Source: an uncultured cyanobacterium | GTDB taxonomy: Bacteria; Cyanobacteriota; Cyanobacteriia; Cyanobacteriales; CAWUOF01 | Length of the DNA: 64,000 nucleotides | Assembly (NCBI GenBank): GCA_963744145.1 | Contig: CAVUSO010000001.1 | Location: forward strand, 5,472,001-5,536,000 | Direction of reading: 5' to 3' | Shown: in pieces, positions 59,194 through 64,000 of the stretch | Position numbering within the stretch: position 1 is the stretch's first letter | Layout: each line of letters begins with the position of its first letter | Notes under the pieces: generated by a model | Told to the model about the DNA's origin: nothing | What the model saw: the letters and a program-made list of their open reading frames with translations, nothing else | Database searches by the model: none | Made by a program: the position numbers and the translations under genes

Positions 59194-60600
59194 TCATCTT
59201 GGCGCGGGGCAATTTTTTTCTACTATCTGAGTAATGGATGGTTCGATTTCTGGAATATCGGTGATATCATCACCAAAATTAACGTTAAATGTTTGGGGCA
59301 AATTTAATCCCAGTATCACCATTCTGGATGTGAGAAAAATCAATAAAGCCAACCATAATATCTGGTTACTTTCTAATTTCCAAGCTGCGAAAACAGTTGG
59401 AGCGAACCCGAATACAATCGCCCCGATACTAACATTGCGGATAATTCGTCCTTCTGCCAAACCCAAGTAATAGCCATCTAGCATAAAACTTACAGCACCA
59501 GATATGATCGCTAGCATTAACCAAGGAAGATAAATATCAATGTTTTGAGTTACTTCTGGATGGTTAGTTAATAGGCCAAATATAGTTTGAGGAAATAGTA
59601 AAGGTACTAACCCACAGCTAATTCCCCCAATGAAGCTAGTTCCTATAGAAACGACCACTAGGGGGAATAACTGTCCTAAAGCTCCATTACCTTTAAAGTT
59701 TCCTGCTATTGTTTCTGTGCCCAACCCAAGTCCTTCTACAAAATAAATGCTTAAAGCAAATATCTGTAGTAGTAAGGCATTTTCCGTATATACAATTGTC
59801 CCCAATCCTGCCCCCTGGTAATTAAAGATTACAAAAGCAAGGAGAACGATAAAATTGCTGGCAAAGATATTTCCATTTAGAGTTAAAGTCGCTTGAAAAG
59901 CTGAAATATCAAAAATTTTGCCAGCTCCAGTTTTGATCTCTTGCCAATTGATTTCTGCACAGAAGAAAATCAATCCGACCAAGAGGGAAAAATATTGACT
60001 GATCGCATAAGATGCTCCAGCGCCAATACTTTCCCACCCCCACCGCATAATTAAGAGGTAGTCAAGACCAATTTTAACTCCATTGCCAAGAACAGATAGG
60101 AGAACAACTAGACTGTTTTTTTCACGTCCTAAAAACCAACCAATCAAGACAAAATTAACCAAAATAGCAGGGGCTGCCCAGATTTGAGTATAGAAATAGG
60201 CAAGACCAGCAGCTTTCACCTCTGGTGTAGTTGCCACTAGACTAAACCAAGACTCTCCCAGAGGATACTGCAACACTACGATCCCAATCCCGATCACTAG
60301 GGCTATAAACCCATTCCGCAGTCCGACTAATAGCACCCCTTCCGGGTCATTTCTTCCTACTGCTTGAGCTGTTACTCCAGTAGTTCCCATCCGTAAAAAG
60401 GTTAATACTAGGTAGAGACTATTAAGTAGATTTGCAGCTAAGGCAACTCCAGCTAAGTGATGAATTTCTGATAAATGTCCTAAGAAGGTGATGCTGATGA
60501 TATTAGCCAGAGGGACCATCACATTGGAAAGGACATTAGCAACTCCCAGTTGGAAGAAACGAGGTACGAAGTCATACTGTTTTGGCAGGGTGATATTCAT
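59194..60600 (-). CDS. MATE family efflux transporter
   Basis: SNVMVPL, FLRMGTTG.TAQA.G, about 12 TM helices. Confidence 0.9.
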   Translation of the reverse strand: MNITLPKQYDFVPRFFQLGVANVLSNVMVPLANIISITFLGHLSEIHHLAGVALAANLLNSLYLVLTFLRMGTTGVTAQAVGRNDPEGVLLVGLRNGFIALVIGIGIVVLQYPLGESWFSLVATTPEVKAAGLAYFYTQIWAAPAILVNFVLIGWFLGREKNSLVVLLSVLGNGVKIGLDYLLIMRWGWESIGAGASYAISQYFSLLVGLIFFCAEINWQEIKTGAGKIFDISAFQATLTLNGNIFASNFIVLLAFVIFNYQGAGLGTIVYTENALLLQIFALSIYFVEGLGLGTETIAGNFKGNGALGQLFPLVVVSIGTSFIGGISCGLVPLLFPQTIFGLLTNHPEVTQNIDIYLPWLMLAIISGAVSFMLDGYYLGLAEGRIIRNVSIGAIVFGFAPTVFAAWKLESNQILWLALLIFLTSRMVILGLNLPQTFNVNFGDDITDIPEIEPSITQIVEKNCPAPR

Positions 60601-60715
60601 TATTTTATATTTCATTAAAATGAATGTTAATGATCAGGTAAATTGGCGGAATATATTTCCCTTTCCTATGATTGTAAATTTAGATGCCCTGAAGGATCTG
60701 CCAAAATCAACTTTT

Positions 60716-63364
60716 ATGAATTCTTACACCCAACAGTTTCCCACCTTATTTGACTATTTTCTAAAAAATTTGCCCCTAGCTGTGGCGATGCTAGACAAGC
60801 AAAGACAATATTTAGCAGTTTCAGAGCAATGGCTGCAAATTTATGGACTGGAAAAATCGCAAGTTATGGGGAATATATGTGAGCAAATTGCTCCAGATTT
60901 AGGAGAAAATTGCCAAGAATTTACTCTGAGAGAAGAAATGAGTAATATAGTTGCTTGTCCTTGGAGAGATGAGCATGGTGAAATTGGGGGATTGATTCTG
61001 ATCAAAGAACTTTTAGGAGCAACTGTAGTGGAACAACAACTTGGTCAATTGGAACCACAAGTCGAAGCAGACACTCGACAATTACAACAGACGATTACAC
61101 AATTACAAGAGGAAATTTTGCGTCGAGAAAAAACCGAAATTCTTTTACGCGAAAGTGAAACTCGTTATCAGACTTTAACCCAAATTGCTCCGGTAGGTAT
61201 TTTTCAGACAGATGCTTCCGGAAAATGTTTATATGCAAACGATCGCTGGTTAGATCTAGCAGGGATGACTCAAGCAGAGAATTTGGGTGATGGTTGGGCA
61301 AAAGCGATTCATCCAGATGATCGTCAGAATGTTTTTCAGACTTGGCAACAAGCGATCGAAAATGATTTACCTTATCAAGTAGAGTTTCGACTCCTCCATG
61401 GGGATCAGACTATAGTTTGGGTATTAGCTCATGCTTTAGCCGAAAAAAATTATGCTGGGGAAGTAATTGGTTTTGTTGGTTCCGTTACGAATATTAGCGA
61501 TCGCAAATTAATGGAAGCTAGCTTACGGTCAAATGAAGCTAGATATCGGGCGATCGTAGAAGATCAAACTGAATTAATTTGTCGTTTTCTCGATGATGGC
61601 AAAATAACTTTTGTTAATAACGCTTACTGTCGTTGTTTTGGGATTGAACGAGAAACAGCGATCGGTCAAATCTTCCTGTCCTTAATTCCTCCAGAAGAGT
61701 TTACTTCAGCTCAACAACATTTAGCAAGTCTCAATCGAGAACAACCTGTCACGACGATCGAATGTCCTGTGATCACGTCTAATCAGGAAATCCGGTGGTA
61801 TCTTTGGACAATCCGGTTGCTTTTTGAAGACAATAATCTACCAGAATTTCAAGCAGTGGGAAGAGATATAACTGAGCGGAAACAAGCTGAAGAAGCGAGA
61901 AGACAAAGTGAGGAAAAATTCCGCAATCTTGCCCAACGGGAAGAATTATTGAATCAACTCACCCATCAAATTCGTCAATCTTTAGATTTAGATACAATTC
62001 TGGAAACTACAGTCCAAGAAATCCGCAATCTGTTACAACTTGATCGTTGTCAATTTAGTTGGTATCGAACTCAAGCTGAACCACCTAGATTAGATATAGT
62101 TAAAGAATCTGCTTTACCTACCTTACCAAGTTTGATTGGTTCTTATCCAGTCACCAGAAGTTCTGTGTCTTCTTTAGAAAGATTATTAAACCGAGATTTG
62201 ATTCGGATTGATCATACACAAATGCTAGAATGTCCTGAAGAAAAAAGACTTTTGTTAAGAATGGGATATAGTTCCCTGTTAGCATTACCAATTGAAAATT
62301 CAGTTGGTGATATTGGGATAGTTAGTTGTATTTCTTGCACAGAAATTCGTCCTTGGACTGATCCGGAGGTGGATCTTTTAGAAGCTGTATGTACTCAAGT
62401 CGCGATCGCAATTAACCAAGCTGAACTCTTTCAACAAACTCGGAAAACCGCCCAAGTTGCTCAAGCAAAAACTTTAGAATTAGAAGCAGCTTTAAGAGAT
62501 TTACAAAAAGCCCAATCTCAACTAATTCAAAGCGAAAAAATGTCTTCATTAGGTCAATTAGTTGCGGGTATTGCTCATGAAATTAATAATCCAGTGAGTT
62601 TTATTTATGGAAATATTAAACCTGCCCAAGAATATGCAAATAGCCTATTACAACTAATTAATCTCTATCAAAAAACTTATCCTCATCCTTCCTTAGAAAT
62701 TATTGATGCGATCGAAGATATTGAATTAGATTTTTTAGCTGGGGATTTATATAAACTGCTTGATTCAATGAAAATAGGAGCAGAAAGAATCCAGGAAATT
62801 GTGCTTTCGTTAAGGATATTTTCCCGATTAGATGAAGCTCAGATGAAAGCAGTTAATATCCATGAAGGAATTGAAAGTACCCTGATGATTTTAAATAGTA
62901 GAACTAATGCTAATCAATACCGTCCGGAGATTAAGATTTTTAAAAACTATGGTAAATTACCTTTAGTTGAGTGCTATCCAGGACTGCTCAATCAAGTATT
63001 TATGAATCTGATTTCTAATGCGATCGATGCTTTAGATGAAGCAGTGGTTAATCAACATATTACTACTTCACCGATAATTCTGATTCGGACAGAAGTTAAA
63101 GAAGATGATCATGTAGTTATTTCTATAGTTGATAACGGAATAGGGATTGAAGAGTCAATCCAATCCAGGTTATTTGACCCCTTTTTTACCACTAAGCCGG
63201 TTGGTAGTGGTACAGGTTTGGGGTTATCGATTAGCTATCAAATTATTGTGGAAAAACATGGTGGTAAGTTAACCTGTTTTTCTATTCTAGGACAAGGAGC
63301 TGAGTTGACAATTGAGATTCCTTTAAAACCACATCAGAATCAATCCACTGCTGTGCAAGGGTAG
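60716..63364 (+). CDS. PAS-PAS-PAS-GAF sensor histidine kinase
   Basis: EKMSSLGQLVAGIAHEINNP, NLISNAIDA, DNGIG and PFFTTK..GTGLGL; start inferred after the divergent MATE. Confidence 0.92.
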   Translation: MNSYTQQFPTLFDYFLKNLPLAVAMLDKQRQYLAVSEQWLQIYGLEKSQVMGNICEQIAPDLGENCQEFTLREEMSNIVACPWRDEHGEIGGLILIKELLGATVVEQQLGQLEPQVEADTRQLQQTITQLQEEILRREKTEILLRESETRYQTLTQIAPVGIFQTDASGKCLYANDRWLDLAGMTQAENLGDGWAKAIHPDDRQNVFQTWQQAIENDLPYQVEFRLLHGDQTIVWVLAHALAEKNYAGEVIGFVGSVTNISDRKLMEASLRSNEARYRAIVEDQTELICRFLDDGKITFVNNAYCRCFGIERETAIGQIFLSLIPPEEFTSAQQHLASLNREQPVTTIECPVITSNQEIRWYLWTIRLLFEDNNLPEFQAVGRDITERKQAEEARRQSEEKFRNLAQREELLNQLTHQIRQSLDLDTILETTVQEIRNLLQLDRCQFSWYRTQAEPPRLDIVKESALPTLPSLIGSYPVTRSSVSSLERLLNRDLIRIDHTQMLECPEEKRLLLRMGYSSLLALPIENSVGDIGIVSCISCTEIRPWTDPEVDLLEAVCTQVAIAINQAELFQQTRKTAQVAQAKTLELEAALRDLQKAQSQLIQSEKMSSLGQLVAGIAHEINNPVSFIYGNIKPAQEYANSLLQLINLYQKTYPHPSLEIIDAIEDIELDFLAGDLYKLLDSMKIGAERIQEIVLSLRIFSRLDEAQMKAVNIHEGIESTLMILNSRTNANQYRPEIKIFKNYGKLPLVECYPGLLNQVFMNLISNAIDALDEAVVNQHITTSPIILIRTEVKEDDHVVISIVDNGIGIEESIQSRLFDPFFTTKPVGSGTGLGLSISYQIIVEKHGGKLTCFSILGQGAELTIEIPLKPHQNQSTAVQG

Positions 63365-63426
63365 GGATGAAGCATTCGAGCAAGAATTCTAGCTCAAACC
63401 CGTTAATATTAGATCCGAATGCTTCA
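63361..63426. repeat. REP-like hairpin overlapping the kinase stop codon
   Basis: GTAGGGATGAAGCATTCG...CGAATGCTTCA. Confidence 0.65.
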
Positions 63427-63667
63427 CTCATTCTTCTCTCGAATACCCACACCACCAGAAACTAATTGATCATGACCATTATTATATAGCCTAAACTAAA
63501 AAACTAGATGGGATAACGGGTTAAATAGAAGTGAGGGCAAATATTATCTGAATTTATTTCTTCTTTGGCGTTTTATGCCTTTATAGATAATTTGGATAAG
63601 TTGGTATTTTAGTAATCAGTTTGGTATACTAAATATTGAAAAATCAATATGATCAGGATTGAACAGG

Positions 63668-64000
63668 ATGGTTAGCGCCTCAGTTAAAATTGCCGGATAT
63701 AAATTAAGTGTTGAAATCTATCACAGTTCAAGAACTCTAGTTTATCGGGGGTATCGAGAAACGGACAAAAAACCTGTAGTAATTAAACTCCTGAAAAATA
63801 ATTATCCCAGTTTTACGGAGCTAATTCAGTTTCGCAATCAATATACCATTACCAAAAATCTAAACTTTCCCAGTATTATCAAACCACTGACCCTAGAAGT
63901 CTACCATAATAGCTATGCCTTAGTCATGGAAGATGATGGATTGTTATCTTTATCAGATTATCTTAAAATCACAAAAAATAAAACCAAAATAAATAAATCT
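63668..64000 (+). CDS. 5' part of a Ser/Thr kinase (typical N-terminus of cyanobacterial kinase/AAA/histidine-kinase fusions)
   Basis: MVSASVKIAGY...IYHSSRTLVYRG...PVVIKLLK..YPS..EL.QFRNQYTI...YALVMED, open to the window end. Confidence 0.85.
   Translation, partial: MVSASVKIAGYKLSVEIYHSSRTLVYRGYRETDKKPVVIKLLKNNYPSFTELIQFRNQYTITKNLNFPSIIKPLTLEVYHNSYALVMEDDGLLSLSDYLKITKNKTKINKS

Noticed and set aside
55222..60600. Guanitoxin or other known cyanotoxin cluster
   Set aside because: Only the MATE is reminiscent. The kinase, hydroxylase, aldolase and cyclodehydratase-type genes are absent, and there is no NRPS or PKS.
60488..60715. N-terminal extension of the kinase overlapping the divergent MATE
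   Set aside because: It overlaps the MATE start on the opposite strand; domain-like sequence begins near the ATG at 60716
1..64000. Abundant GCGATCGC as a novel repeat
   Set aside because: It is the well-known cyanobacterial HIP1 octamer

Overview
AT-rich cyanobacterial chromosome segment: the HIP1 octamer GCGATCGC recurs throughout, and HLIP, PucC-like, Uma2, XisH/XisI and SLH-porin genes are present. Bases 1-35 kb are mostly housekeeping and signalling genes (sensor kinase, aminotransferase, MCP, moeB, lysA-cdaA-uppS, rimI, clpC, lepB, cysK, peroxiredoxin, an RTX protein). At 35-49 kb is an accessory region. Two 1,584-bp IS630 copies in direct orientation flank a coupled P-loop ATPase and a 1,951-aa protein (TPR, STAND-like NTPase, TM helix, WD40, TPR) whose near-identical WD40 repeats vary almost only at two patches. 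An antitoxin/XisHI/PIN array and a self-nested ~22-nt repeat follow. At 49-53 kb is a Fur-box-controlled FTR1, lipoprotein and porin iron locus. At 55-60.6 kb is a compact, apparently uncharacterised small-molecule cluster: MATE, SAM methyltransferase, frameshifted sulfotransferase, PLP decarboxylase and an FGE remnant. A PAS/GAF kinase and the start of a Ser/Thr kinase end the window. I saw no rRNA, tRNA or CRISPR array. All calls come from reading the sequence by eye; no database searches were run.
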